Of a stretch of 64,000 bases of DNA, positions 21,524 to 31,353 are shown in pieces. A program made the position numbers and the translations under genes. How positions within the stretch are numbered: the first letter of the stretch is position 1; each line of letters starts with the position of its first letter. The DNA is from an uncultured virus (IMG/VR IMGVR_UViG_2786546710_000002) (taxonomy: Duplodnaviria; Heunggongvirae; Uroviricota; Caudoviricetes). The notes beneath the pieces were generated by a model, which ran no database searches, was not told where the DNA came from, and worked only from the letters and a program-made list of their open reading frames with translations. The stretch lies in IMG/VR virus record IMGVR_UViG_2786546710_000002. The stretch is one strand, 5' to 3'.

Positions 21524-22624
21524 TTACGCCATATTACGTTTTTTCATAAAGTTCTCTGCTACACTACCGATAAACTCTTGGTCTCGATCTGGTGGTGGTG
21601 CGTTACCAGAAGCATTTGGTGTTGCACCTAAAGAACCAGTAAACGCTTGTCTACGTTTTGCCTGATCCTGCAACCTAGCCATTTCTGGACTATTTAGGTT
21701 GTTTTTAAAATCTCCTACTATTGTATCAGTTAATTTAGGGTCTAAGAAGTCTTCCATAGTATAGCCTCGTCCATAGGCAAAATTGAAAAACCTATCTTGT
21801 TCACTATCAGGTAACTGATGTTTTGCTTGTGCTTTATCGAGATTATTAGCCGCTAATTGTTTCATTGCAACTTCTCGATTTTGTTGAGCAGTTTGTAAGT
21901 TTTGTTGTGCTCCTTGTTGTAGACCTTGTGATTGTTGTGACAAATTTTGTAATAGTTGTTTAATCTGCATATTTTCATTTGTCAGTTGATCCATTTTTTG
22001 AGCCGCCTGACGATACTGAGGTGGTAATGACATTGCATTTTCTTCTTCCCATTGTGCCATATCTTTTTCAATATCACCCAATGGAATACCTTTTGTATCT
22101 GGTGTTGGGTCTTTTTGCCCACCCATAACTGGGTTCTTCATATAAGCTTGAGATGCCGCAGATAAAAATTGTACTATTTCATTTGCATTGACACCTTTAC
22201 CATCTTCTTTTGCAACTTCCGCCGCAATAGCATTAGCAAAATCTAATACTGGTTGCATAGGAGCTACTTGTGTTTGATGTTTATAATTAAGATCACGATA
22301 CCTTGTCATAGTATCTTTAATCTGATTTTGTGAATACGTTCTTTCATCACCCTCGCCGAGAGTAACTTTTATAAACGCATCTTCTGCTTGTTTATCACCT
22401 TCAGTTTTAGGACTTACCGCTTCAGCGGCTTGTTCTTGTGGAGTTGCCTTTTCGGGTCCACCTACTTGCTGAGATGCTTCTTTAGTTAAATCTTGACCCG
22501 CTATGTTTGGGTCTCCTGCTTGTTGTGCTTTTTGATCTAACTGGTCTTTTAGTGGTTGAGTTTCTACTCCTAACTTTTGGTTAGCGAGTTGATCAATCAT
22601 TTGTTTCTCTTGTTCTGTTGCCAT
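21524..22624 (-). CDS. Capsid scaffolding protein
   Basis: Acidic, Gln-rich coiled coil immediately upstream of the capsid gene. Confidence 0.8.
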   Translation of the reverse strand: MATEQEKQMIDQLANQKLGVETQPLKDQLDQKAQQAGDPNIAGQDLTKEASQQVGGPEKATPQEQAAEAVSPKTEGDKQAEDAFIKVTLGEGDERTYSQNQIKDTMTRYRDLNYKHQTQVAPMQPVLDFANAIAAEVAKEDGKGVNANEIVQFLSAASQAYMKNPVMGGQKDPTPDTKGIPLGDIEKDMAQWEEENAMSLPPQYRQAAQKMDQLTNENMQIKQLLQNLSQQSQGLQQGAQQNLQTAQQNREVAMKQLAANNLDKAQAKHQLPDSEQDRFFNFAYGRGYTMEDFLDPKLTDTIVGDFKNNLNSPEMARLQDQAKRRQAFTGSLGATPNASGNAPPPDRDQEFIGSVAENFMKKRNMA

Positions 22625-22651
22625 TTTAGTTCCTTTCTAGCCGTAGCGAGA

Positions 22652-22960
22652 CTAATTGTTAATGGTAGCCGAAGCGACCGGTTTATTTTTATCCTCCTCT
22701 TCTAATGTCTGCATCATTAGATCATTTTCTAGTTTGACTTCTAGAATAGAAGGCATTTGTATTAGCTTCTTAGATGCCCATAAAGCACCTCTTCGCCAAT
22801 GTAACTCATCTATTGATANTTTAGGATCACTAGATAAGTTGTATGCGGCTTGAGTAATTTCTTCTTCCATAACTCTTTGAAGAAATTTCCAAGCATCATC
22901 TTTTTTTAACCTTTTAATAAGGGCGAGTTTCTCTTTTGTTTCTCTTACTTTGTTATCCAT
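22652..22960 (-). CDS. Small head-module protein
   Basis: Helical 102-aa ORF upstream of the scaffold gene. Confidence 0.65.
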   Translation of the reverse strand: MDNKVRETKEKLALIKRLKKDDAWKFLQRVMEEEITQAAYNLSSDPKXSIDELHWRRGALWASKKLIQMPSILEVKLENDLMMQTLEEEDKNKPVASATINN

Positions 22961-23316
22961 TCGTCTGCGGCTTTTTGTATACCCTCATTATTAGTAAATT
23001 CTTTAATTAAATCATACCCCCAAGTTTTGTATTGTGCAACCTTTTCATCGGTTAACCAAGGAGTTTGAGGACCTATAGCAATATTAGCCGCAAATGTCGC
23101 TACTTCTTTTAAGTCCTTTACTTCTGAAACTGTAATCTCTTCGTCTTGATCTGGGAATTTTTTCTTTCCATTAGCATTTACAAAAAAATAAGTATTGTTC
23201 TTCATTACAAAACCACCTGACCATTCCCAGTCAAAGTCAACTTGCCATTTTTTATTATCTTCAAATGACATTTTATAGAGAGTTAATTTACTTTTTAAAT
23301 TATTTTCGTAAAACAT
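22945..23316 (-). CDS. Hypothetical protein, possible tail-fibre chaperone
   Basis: Directly follows the tail fibre gene; GGAGG RBS. Confidence 0.6.
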   Translation of the reverse strand: MFYENNLKSKLTLYKMSFEDNKKWQVDFDWEWSGGFVMKNNTYFFVNANGKKKFPDQDEEITVSEVKDLKEVATFAANIAIGPQTPWLTDEKVAQYKTWGYDLIKEFTNNEGIQKAADEWITK

Positions 23317-23317
23317 A

Positions 23318-26026
23318 TTAACCTCCTATCAATGTTTTTCTACGCAGTGTCCAACTACTAGAGGTATCTGATAGTCCGTGAGTATAGTTTCCGTTGTAAC
23401 CAGTACCCCAGATTGTTCCGTCCATCATTAATGCCATATATGCACATTCTTGTGTACTTGATTGTCCATATCCTGCATTACAAATATCTCTGACTTGACC
23501 TTGATAACCCCAAGGCATTGGAATTGGGTTCCAAGAACTATGAGTTAGTCCAGTAGCAACACCATATAAGTTTTTAGAAGGATAACTTGAACCACAAGCG
23601 TATATGGTTCCGTTAACTTTATTCTTCCAATCCTCTTCGTTATCGTGTGCAATTAACCAAGGAGTTGGATAATAGTAAGATGTACTTGTTATTGAAAAAC
23701 TATCTATAACTTTTGACACCCATTTGATTGAACTATTTTTAACTGGCACATTCTGTGATCCAGAAGTTGTTCCAGTTCCAGTAGCTCCTGAAGAATTTGG
23801 ACCCCACATATAAAAGTCGCCATTATCAGTTGTTGCAAAACAAGAGCCTTGGTTAAAGTGACAAGAGAAAACATCTAAAACTTTTAGTCCTGCTGTAGCA
23901 GTATTAAATGTACTTACTAACGTCATTGATGATTTATTTCCAGAAGCATTGTTATCTCCTGCTTGTCCAGTATTATTGTAACCACCATAATACAAAGCAC
24001 CATCTTCATTGATTAGATGAATACCTCCGGCAGAGTTAGCTCCAGATGCGTGTATCTTAGCAATCTTTTTACCTGATCCTGCTTCTAATACATTTGGCGA
24101 TCCCATTCCTACATTGTTTGTAGTTCCGTTAGCACACTGATTGTTTCCATTATAACCCCAAGCATATGCTTTATATCCATCTGCCGCATCTGTTAGTGCA
24201 TAACAAGTTGGATAACCACTATCTATAACTTGAATTGCAGTTACATTTTTACCTGATAGACCAGTTATTTCTACTGGTATAGTTTTGTTAGTTGTGTTTG
24301 AACTATCTAATTGGTTATGTCCGTTATATCCCCAACCCCAAACTTTTCCATTTTCGTCTAAGGCTAACATAGTGATATTACTTCCACCATAACCCGGTCC
24401 TGCTATGTATTTAATTTTACCCGCTGAACCCGGAAATTGAACTGGAACCATTCTGTATTCAGTTGATGCGTGTCCACATCCTATTTGTCCTACATTGTTA
24501 TATCCACCCGCCCATACTTTACCAGTGTCCATAAGAAAATATGTACTTGAATAGGTTCTTAATGTTTGAATACAATTACCATTCTGAGTGCCTTTGTTAA
24601 ATGTATCATAACCTTTAGATTGGTCTCTGTATAAACCCGGCATCGCAATAACTTTAGCAGAGTTACTTGGGTCTGCCAGACTATAACTAGTAGAACCTCC
24701 CCAGATTACTGGACTTTTCCAAGACCCATCTGCAAACTCAGCTACACAACTACTACCTCGGTAAGTACCACCTTGAGGATGTGGGTCATTCATAAAGAAG
24801 ACACCTTTGTTTGCGTGTAAAGGAAAGTTTGTACTATCTGTTACTTCACCAACAAGAGAAAAATCGTTTCTTGTTTTTCCATTGTTTTCAGTTCCCGGAT
24901 ATCCCGGTGCGTCTGCATCTGCAACTCTACAAGTAACATCGTTTTGTAAACGATAAGCTCGTCCCGCCATATTACCAACCATACCCCATTTAGGTATGTT
25001 GCTATTACCGTCAGCAACAAGGGCAGTGCCGTGTGATCCAAGAGGAAGCCTCGCTTCACCAGTTGCAGTAGTAACATCAAATTGTGTATCTCCACCCATA
25101 CCTGAATGTGTTCCGCAATATGGATAGATTGAAACCGCAGTTACATTAGATGGAACTACGATAGTTACCACAGCACTTGTTTGCCCTTGCGTACCCGTAT
25201 AGGTAATATCGTTACTGCTGTCTGTGGGAGCGAAGTCTAAAAGTTCTGTTCCTGATGCGTGTGTACCATTTTTTGTAGTAGAAAACTTTAATGGATGGTT
25301 TGCAGTTGTACTATCAGAGACATCAAATATATAAGTTTTACCCGGATATAGTTTCATATTTCCATCGAAATGATAATTATCATCGTTTGGAAATTTAAAT
25401 TGAAATCTATTACCACCACCATAAGCGGCTACTTTTACACCAATATTAAAAGTTGTTCCTGATGGTGCACCTTGTCTATAGATCATATCACCACCAGTAG
25501 TAGTTACAGTTGTTAAAGCAGAAGTGATTGCTTCAACGTCTACTACGTGCTGAACTTTATTTGTTCCTGCCGCAACATAGTCACCATAAACCCAACCAGT
25601 TTTACTTGGTAGTATTTTTGCTTTATTAGCATTATTAGTTTCACCAGAATATTGAACAAAAACATTCTTAGTAGTTTCGTTTTTAACAACAACAGTAAAT
25701 GCTCTATTAGGTACAACTACAACAAGTTCACTTTGGCTAGGAGTGGAAGCCTGAGTTAACTTGATAATTGGTTTTGAAATATCATCTACACCTAAAGTCC
25801 ATACACCATTTGTTGCTGTTGAATAATCAAAAACTTTTGATGGTTCATTAGCCTCATCAAAAAGTTGTAGTAGTGCATCTGCACCCGTTATTGCTTCAAC
25901 CGCCTTTGCTACATAAACCATATCATTCGCAGTTGATCCTGCTATGGTCCCGGTTGTAGTTTCAGCTATCGTTTTGGAACGAGTTTTTATTGCCTCCACT
26001 AGTTCTTTTAAAGTATTCATCGACAT
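23318..26026 (-). CDS. Tail fibre/receptor-binding protein with a cupredoxin-like domain and RCC1/BLIP-II repeats
   Basis: Repeats GKVWAGGYNNVGQIG, GKVWGWGYNGHNQL, AYAWGYNGNNQC, GALYYGGYNNTGQAG; NHPLKF...YPYCGTHSGMGG domain. Confidence 0.85.
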   Translation of the reverse strand: MSMNTLKELVEAIKTRSKTIAETTTGTIAGSTANDMVYVAKAVEAITGADALLQLFDEANEPSKVFDYSTATNGVWTLGVDDISKPIIKLTQASTPSQSELVVVVPNRAFTVVVKNETTKNVFVQYSGETNNANKAKILPSKTGWVYGDYVAAGTNKVQHVVDVEAITSALTTVTTTGGDMIYRQGAPSGTTFNIGVKVAAYGGGNRFQFKFPNDDNYHFDGNMKLYPGKTYIFDVSDSTTANHPLKFSTTKNGTHASGTELLDFAPTDSSNDITYTGTQGQTSAVVTIVVPSNVTAVSIYPYCGTHSGMGGDTQFDVTTATGEARLPLGSHGTALVADGNSNIPKWGMVGNMAGRAYRLQNDVTCRVADADAPGYPGTENNGKTRNDFSLVGEVTDSTNFPLHANKGVFFMNDPHPQGGTYRGSSCVAEFADGSWKSPVIWGGSTSYSLADPSNSAKVIAMPGLYRDQSKGYDTFNKGTQNGNCIQTLRTYSSTYFLMDTGKVWAGGYNNVGQIGCGHASTEYRMVPVQFPGSAGKIKYIAGPGYGGSNITMLALDENGKVWGWGYNGHNQLDSSNTTNKTIPVEITGLSGKNVTAIQVIDSGYPTCYALTDAADGYKAYAWGYNGNNQCANGTTNNVGMGSPNVLEAGSGKKIAKIHASGANSAGGIHLINEDGALYYGGYNNTGQAGDNNASGNKSSMTLVSTFNTATAGLKVLDVFSCHFNQGSCFATTDNGDFYMWGPNSSGATGTGTTSGSQNVPVKNSSIKWVSKVIDSFSITSTSYYYPTPWLIAHDNEEDWKNKVNGTIYACGSSYPSKNLYGVATGLTHSSWNPIPMPWGYQGQVRDICNAGYGQSSTQECAYMALMMDGTIWGTGYNGNYTHGLSDTSSSWTLRRKTLIGG

Positions 26027-26048
26027 ATTATATCACTCCTTATTTTTT

Positions 26049-26588
26049 TTATACTACACCTAATTGTAGTAACACTTCGTCCTCTAGTCGTTTTAAACGA
26101 GGTGCTGTTGTTGTATTAAAGTTTTGTATTTCTGACAAAACTTGTGACCCATCAAATACCACATTAAACTTAGTTGTGTCTACCTGACCGGAAGTGGATG
26201 TATGTGCTGTATGGCATACAAAATACTTAGTACCATCCTCTACCATATCTAATCTAGAGTAAGCAGTTGAGTTCTGATGAGAGCCTCTTTGCCTAAAAAT
26301 GCTTTGATTTAGGTCTACAAATCCATCATTAGGATTAGTATAAATTCCAAATCTAGCTTGTAATGTGTTATTTGTATCGTTTGGTTTTACTCTAAATGAA
26401 ATGGCAGTAGTTAATACTGATCCGGTTGTACTATCAAAAAGAGTTCCTATTACTTGAGGTAATGTTTTAAGAGTTGATCCAGTTCCTAATTCACAAGCCT
26501 CTAGGTATGTACCAAGCTCGTGAGTACCAGTTTTTGAAGACGTAAAGGTTATCTGTTCGTCTTTTAGTTTTGTAGGGACTGTAGTCAT
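26049..26588 (-). CDS. Tail-associated protein with a small carbohydrate-binding-like module
   Basis: RGSHQNSTAYSRLDMVEDGTKYFVCHTAHTS resembles CBM5/12-type modules of phage tail proteins. Confidence 0.6.
   Translation of the reverse strand: MTTVPTKLKDEQITFTSSKTGTHELGTYLEACELGTGSTLKTLPQVIGTLFDSTTGSVLTTAISFRVKPNDTNNTLQARFGIYTNPNDGFVDLNQSIFRQRGSHQNSTAYSRLDMVEDGTKYFVCHTAHTSTSGQVDTTKFNVVFDGSQVLSEIQNFNTTTAPRLKRLEDEVLLQLGVV
26051..26082 (-). promoter_or_regulatory. Putative late promoter GGACGA-N20-TAGTAT for the tail fibre gene
   Basis: Motif embedded in the last codons of the upstream gene, ~25 nt from the fibre ATG. Confidence 0.5.
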
Positions 26589-26881
26589 CTTATATCATTA
26601 TCCTCAATAAATGTTATTAATTTAGCTCTAGTAAGTGTAAATTTATCATCTTCCTTGTATCTTTTCTCTATCTTATCTAATCTTTTTATAATGTCGTCCA
26701 CTCTTATAGTTTCTGAATTAGTGGTATCATTTTTTTGTTTATTTAAATTTGATTGCATAGTTATTAAATCTGTTTTTATTTCTTCTCTTAATACAGAAAT
26801 ACACTCAGTAATTAATTCTTTTACCCATTGTTGATCTAACTTAGGTAATTTAATTGTTGGTTCTAAACTTTTACTGCTCAT
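26585..26881 (-). CDS. Hypothetical coiled-coil protein
   Basis: ATGA overlaps with both neighbours. Confidence 0.7.
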   Translation of the reverse strand: MSSKSLEPTIKLPKLDQQWVKELITECISVLREEIKTDLITMQSNLNKQKNDTTNSETIRVDDIIKRLDKIEKRYKEDDKFTLTRAKLITFIEDNDIR

Positions 26882-28797
26882 TGTTCACCTCTCATAGGAA
26901 CTATATTTCCTGCTTCTGCTTGTCTTAATAGTTCTTCTTGAGACATAGTTTCTTGTTGTCCTTGAGGTTGTTGCTGTCCCGTAGACACACCTCTCATTTT
27001 TTCTAACATAGCCATCTGTTGAGAAGGTGTCATCCCCTTCTTCCTTTCTGTTTCTGATATTCTAAACTGATCTATATCTGTAACACCCATAGCTCTAATA
27101 GCTTCTTCAACAATCTTACCAGATTTATATTCCATCTGTAATCCAGTTTGATTTATCATTTGTAACATATTCATCCAAGTTTCTGCATTACGTGTTGGTT
27201 CTATTGGAAGTGTTCCATCAATAACTAAATAATCTATATCACCTTGTAATGATGTTATATCGAAATCAATATATCCATCTTCTTGCATACTACTAAGTTG
27301 TCCCGGTATTTGATCCATATCAACTCTTAATGAACCAGTTAAAGTTAAAGCATCTTGTAAGTTTGCTACCATCATTCTTACCATAGGTCTTACTGTAGAC
27401 GCTGATATAATTCTAGCTAACACACCTAAACGCTGTGATCCTAATTGAGTTAGACGAGCAATTTCTGTAGCTGTTCTTATTCCGTCTGCGGTTGGCACAC
27501 CTTGTTGTGCATCTGATGCCGCTGATACTCTTTGTTTTAAATCAGACATTGCACCTATATCATTCCAATGTCCTCGTGTTACATCAGGAACTTGAGCTAT
27601 AAAAACTCCATCACCCGGTTTAGCACCCGGCATAGTTCTTACAACACCCCAAGGATTTCTATCTATTAAATCTGGTATAGAAACTTGTGTTGGGTCTACG
27701 AACATTAAATTATTTAATGCCGCTTGAACATTATCTATTCTAGAACGCAACAACCAAGTAGATACTTCGTGTAGTGGTAATAATAAATCATATAAAGATT
27801 GACTATAAGTTTTATGATTGTCATTAAACAATCCACCAATAACAACTGGGAACTGAGTTCCATAAGGATTTAACTGACAACGAATTATACACTCTTCATC
27901 TACTGCGGTTATACATAACCATATTTGTTCTATTGAAGGTATTCCTACTTCATAGCCTTGTAAACGTACCCACATCTCATCAACAACTCTTGCATTGTCT
28001 AATGTAAAGTGATGACCATTTTCACTACCACGTGGTTCTTCTGGATTAATTGATAAACCTCTACCCTCTTCTTTAAAAAATTTATGTGCATCCCAAGAAG
28101 ATTTCCTTGTTCCTTTTTGTCTAAGTCCCGGATATTTATTTATTTTAGGATATAACTGACTAGATACTAATGAGTTAGTAGATACATAATCACTAAAAAT
28201 TATAAATTGCATTCTATCCCAATCACCCCAGTTAACTCTAGGATCAGGAAAACATCTTCGTGGATCAAAGTTTACAATATGATTTGTATTTTTTTTTGCA
28301 TCCCAAACAATTTTAGTAGGAGCAAATCCATAACGAATACTATCTAATAACATTTGTGCTAATCTTGCTTCACCCGCTGTTCTTCTCATATGTTGATGAA
28401 GTAATCTTTCTAATATAAGTGAAGCTCTTCTAGATTTTCTATTCATTCCTTCTAATTGAAACATAGGATTACGACCGGCTAGTGCCGCCATCATATAAGT
28501 TAAAACAGTATCAGCTATTGCTCTTGTATCAGCAACAACAGCTTTCTCTCTAAACTTAGTAGAGTTTGCCGGTGTCCAAACATCGTGTGCTCTGTCTGCA
28601 TCTCTCCAATGATCGTATCTTCTAGATATTCTTTCAAATGACATCTTAGATGCCGCTCTCATATAATCTATAATTTTAGCTTCTTGATCTGCATTTAGAT
28701 CATCAGATATATCTTGATAGTTCATTAACTTCTCAGTTAAATTAGATAAATCTACGATGACTTGATTTGGGTCTTGTGTTTGCTTTCTATAATCCAT
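26878..28797 (-). CDS. Portal protein (podovirus type)
   Basis: 639 aa directly after TerL; RTATEI motif and Gln-rich C-terminus. Confidence 0.9.
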   Translation of the reverse strand: MDYRKQTQDPNQVIVDLSNLTEKLMNYQDISDDLNADQEAKIIDYMRAASKMSFERISRRYDHWRDADRAHDVWTPANSTKFREKAVVADTRAIADTVLTYMMAALAGRNPMFQLEGMNRKSRRASLILERLLHQHMRRTAGEARLAQMLLDSIRYGFAPTKIVWDAKKNTNHIVNFDPRRCFPDPRVNWGDWDRMQFIIFSDYVSTNSLVSSQLYPKINKYPGLRQKGTRKSSWDAHKFFKEEGRGLSINPEEPRGSENGHHFTLDNARVVDEMWVRLQGYEVGIPSIEQIWLCITAVDEECIIRCQLNPYGTQFPVVIGGLFNDNHKTYSQSLYDLLLPLHEVSTWLLRSRIDNVQAALNNLMFVDPTQVSIPDLIDRNPWGVVRTMPGAKPGDGVFIAQVPDVTRGHWNDIGAMSDLKQRVSAASDAQQGVPTADGIRTATEIARLTQLGSQRLGVLARIISASTVRPMVRMMVANLQDALTLTGSLRVDMDQIPGQLSSMQEDGYIDFDITSLQGDIDYLVIDGTLPIEPTRNAETWMNMLQMINQTGLQMEYKSGKIVEEAIRAMGVTDIDQFRISETERKKGMTPSQQMAMLEKMRGVSTGQQQPQGQQETMSQEELLRQAEAGNIVPMRGEQ

Positions 28798-28802
28798 AAT
28801 TT

Positions 28803-28833
28803 TTTATAACTCACCTTTTAATATAAATCGTCC
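28803..28833 (-). promoter_or_regulatory. Putative late promoter GGACGA-N19-TATAAA for the portal gene (possibly leaderless mRNA)
   Basis: Fills the TerL-portal gap; the -10 box ends 5 nt before the ATG and there is no SD sequence. Confidence 0.6.
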
Positions 28834-30455
28834 TATAACTCACCCCACCCTACAAAACGTGTAGATGCTTTACTTGCAAGTTTATCTTTCCACTCATTTG
28901 GTTGTGACCCTGATTGAAAATTATTATTTAATGAAGCTGATAATTCTATCGGTAAATTCATTGCATCTTGATTAAACCCAGACATTTTACTTAATACATC
29001 TAAACCTAAAGAAAGTGCATCAACCTGATCATCATTCTTACCATTTGGAAATGCTTGTGTTTCTTCTACAAAATCATCAAGCCAATGTGCTGATTGTGGT
29101 AAGAATACTCTACCTCCTTCTATCATAGGAGTAACTGCATTTACTCTAGCAACTTTATCTTGTGTTACTTTATAAGGTAATACTGATACACCAGATTGGT
29201 TTTTGAGTTCTTGAACTAATGATTGTCCACTTGCTTTATCCTCAACATAAACACCTCTCAAACCTCTACCTCTCCATTTTGTATTTGTCATAATACAATT
29301 TCTTTTTAACTCAGGAAAATCCCACTTCTTTCTAATAACATCTATGATGTATATATCGCCTTGTTTATCAATACCCATTACCATCAATACAGAATAATCT
29401 GATTGTTCTGTTTTTTTAAATGCAGTATCTGCCGCAATTATTATAGACATATATTCTGTTTCAGAAGGGTTGTACTGTTTCCACCAAGATGATTTAATTA
29501 GATTNCCTCCTTTAATAAAAGGTGATTGTTGATACAAAGATGCAAACTCACGTGGATCTAATTTTTTTCTTTTATATAATTCTTCTAGTGGAAATCTTTC
29601 TTCCCATAATGCTACCTCTTTTGGCTCAGTATAATATCGTTTCCCCGGTGCAACAGTACTTAGCATACCGGACGCTACGTGCCGTGGGTCGTCAGGAGGT
29701 AGGTCTGTTACTGATTTCTTTTCACCACCGACCTCTTTAATAGCAGGAAAGTTTATGTGTTCCCATTCACCATACTTCCAATCAGGAGTTTCCATAAGNC
29801 TTCCTGCAACATCATCAGGATGCCAACGAGTTAGTATTACTATCTCTAATGGTTTTCTCCCATTTGGTTCTGGTTGTTTACGAGTTGTTAATGCNGATAC
29901 ATAGTAAGACCAAGTCTTGTTTCTTTGAGTTGCACTATCAGCTTCTTCTCTAGCTTTAATTGGATCATCTAAAATTAAAAGAGTTGCGGCACGACCAGTT
30001 GTTGAACCACCAATACCAGTAGCATAATAAGTTCCATTCATAGAAGTTCGCCAATCATCTACTGCTCTGCTTTCATCTGACATTTTAAAATCAGAAAAAG
30101 CTTGTGTAACAAAAGGTTCTCTTGCTAGGTCTCGTACTTGTCTACCAAATGTTTTTGCTAAGTCTTGATTGTATGAAGTAGACAAAACATTACGCACTGG
30201 ATTTTTACAAAGATAATAAACTGGAAAATGTATTGTAGCTAAAAATGATTTAGCGTGTCTTGGTGGCATAGTTATTAAAATTTTATTTTTACCAAGAGTT
30301 CCTTTTTCTAAAGCATCAAGTTTTTCCATNAACTCGATTTGAAAGTCTGCAAACTTTAGATCAGGATTTAAAAGTTTTACAAAATCAATAAAGTGTTCTT
30401 GAGCTTTCTTTAATTTAAGCAGTCTTTTTACTGCATCTATTTTTGTAACAGACAT
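28833..30455 (-). CDS. terL: Terminase large subunit
   Basis: Walker A-like ITMPPRHAKS, TTGRAATLLILDDPIK Walker B, TRWHPDD, nuclease motifs AADTA, VEDKASG and FPNGKNDDQVDA. Confidence 0.96.
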   Translation of the reverse strand: MSVTKIDAVKRLLKLKKAQEHFIDFVKLLNPDLKFADFQIEXMEKLDALEKGTLGKNKILITMPPRHAKSFLATIHFPVYYLCKNPVRNVLSTSYNQDLAKTFGRQVRDLAREPFVTQAFSDFKMSDESRAVDDWRTSMNGTYYATGIGGSTTGRAATLLILDDPIKAREEADSATQRNKTWSYYVXALTTRKQPEPNGRKPLEIVILTRWHPDDVAGXLMETPDWKYGEWEHINFPAIKEVGGEKKSVTDLPPDDPRHVASGMLSTVAPGKRYYTEPKEVALWEERFPLEELYKRKKLDPREFASLYQQSPFIKGXNLIKSSWWKQYNPSETEYMSIIIAADTAFKKTEQSDYSVLMVMGIDKQGDIYIIDVIRKKWDFPELKRNCIMTNTKWRGRGLRGVYVEDKASGQSLVQELKNQSGVSVLPYKVTQDKVARVNAVTPMIEGGRVFLPQSAHWLDDFVEETQAFPNGKNDDQVDALSLGLDVLSKMSGFNQDAMNLPIELSASLNNNFQSGSQPNEWKDKLASKASTRFVGWGEL

Positions 30456-30577
30456 TATGCACGTTTCGTTTTTTTATTTTTTTTTAGTTTCTTAAAATCT
30501 GCACCAGTAATTTTTGTTCTTGGTGGTGCAACTCTCGCTAGTTTCTTTTGTTTACTACTATATTTTTTAAATGGCAT
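30455..30577 (-). CDS. Tiny basic protein (40 aa, MPFKKYSSKQKKLARVAPPRTKITGADFKKL...)
   Basis: Translated by hand; GGAG RBS; TAATG overlap with terL. Confidence 0.75.
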   Translation of the reverse strand: MPFKKYSSKQKKLARVAPPRTKITGADFKKLKKNKKTKRA

Positions 30578-30578
30578 A

Positions 30579-30827
30579 TTATGTTCTCCTTTTCTTTTTA
30601 AATGTGGCTACATTTTTAGGCTTTGGACCACTATTATTTGCCTTTCTTTTACGTGAAACTGCACTTCTTTTNTGACTTGCAGACATCGATCTAGCCTTAG
30701 AAAGGGGTACACACTTAGGATATTTACGTCCATCACCCTTCTTTCTACCGCAGGGTTGATACTTACCATTCTTTTTTGGTGCTCCAATATCTACCCATTT
30801 CTCTTTTACCCATTTGCGTAGGCTCAT
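30579..30827 (-). CDS. Small basic protein (LRKWVKEKWVD...PKCVP type)
   Basis: 82 aa, Lys/Arg-rich, coupled to its neighbours. Confidence 0.8.
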   Translation of the reverse strand: MSLRKWVKEKWVDIGAPKKNGKYQPCGRKKGDGRKYPKCVPLSKARSMSASXKRSAVSRKRKANNSGPKPKNVATFKKKRRT

Positions 30828-30916
30828 TTCTTCTTCACTTTGACTTTAGATGGTTTCTTTTTAGTGTTAATGGGTACTTTTTTATTACCACTACAACCAC
30901 TTTTCATATGTGCCAT
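30824..30916 (-). CDS. Tiny basic protein (30 aa, MAHMKSGCSGNKKVPINTKKK...)
   Basis: AGGAG RBS; ATGA overlap with the next gene. Confidence 0.65.
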   Translation of the reverse strand: MAHMKSGCSGNKKVPINTKKKPSKVKVKKK

Positions 30917-30924
30917 ATCTTCTC

Positions 30925-31089
30925 CTATCTTTTCTTACGTCTTTTTGTTGATTTCTTCTTANCTTTTTTACCACCGGGTTTTATTCTGCCACTACACACA
31001 CCCGAAGCATACATATTTCCATAAGCTGAAGGGTATACCTTGAATTTTCTCTTAGCCGCCGCCTTACCTTTTGCACATAGTTTTGCCAT
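30925..31089 (-). CDS. Tiny basic protein (54 aa, MAKLCAKGKAAAKRKFKVYPSAYGNMYASGVC...)
   Basis: AAGGAGG RBS; translated by hand. Confidence 0.78.
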   Translation of the reverse strand: MAKLCAKGKAAAKRKFKVYPSAYGNMYASGVCSGRIKPGGKKXKKKSTKRRKKR

Positions 31090-31098
31090 ATAACCTCC

Positions 31099-31353
31099 TT
31101 ACCAAGCTTTGCACGACCAATAACGTGCTTTGGTCTTAGGACCGGGAGTTGCACAATTATGTCTAGCTCTAAATGACTTCCTTCTTGCAGGAATGTTTTT
31201 CTTTATCTTCATATTTGGGTCCCCGAACCGAACTATCTTAATTTTAGCTCCATCTGAAACACAAACTGCGGATTTCTTTTTACCACCCGGAGTTCTAAAT
31301 GGTTTATTAAGTGATTTACCTTTACAAGGTCCACTAGCTTTCCTTTTTGCCAC
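31099..31353 (-). CDS. Small basic protein (DUF6321-like)
   Basis: VRFGDPNM...RRKSFRARHNC...ARYWSCKAW. Confidence 0.8.
   Translation of the reverse strand: MAKRKASGPCKGKSLNKPFRTPGGKKKSAVCVSDGAKIKIVRFGDPNMKIKKNIPARRKSFRARHNCATPGPKTKARYWSCKAW

Noticed and set aside
23318..26026. Diversity-generating retroelement acting on the tail fibre
   Set aside because: No reverse transcriptase and no TR/VR pair seen; differences in the big repeat are not adenine-specific
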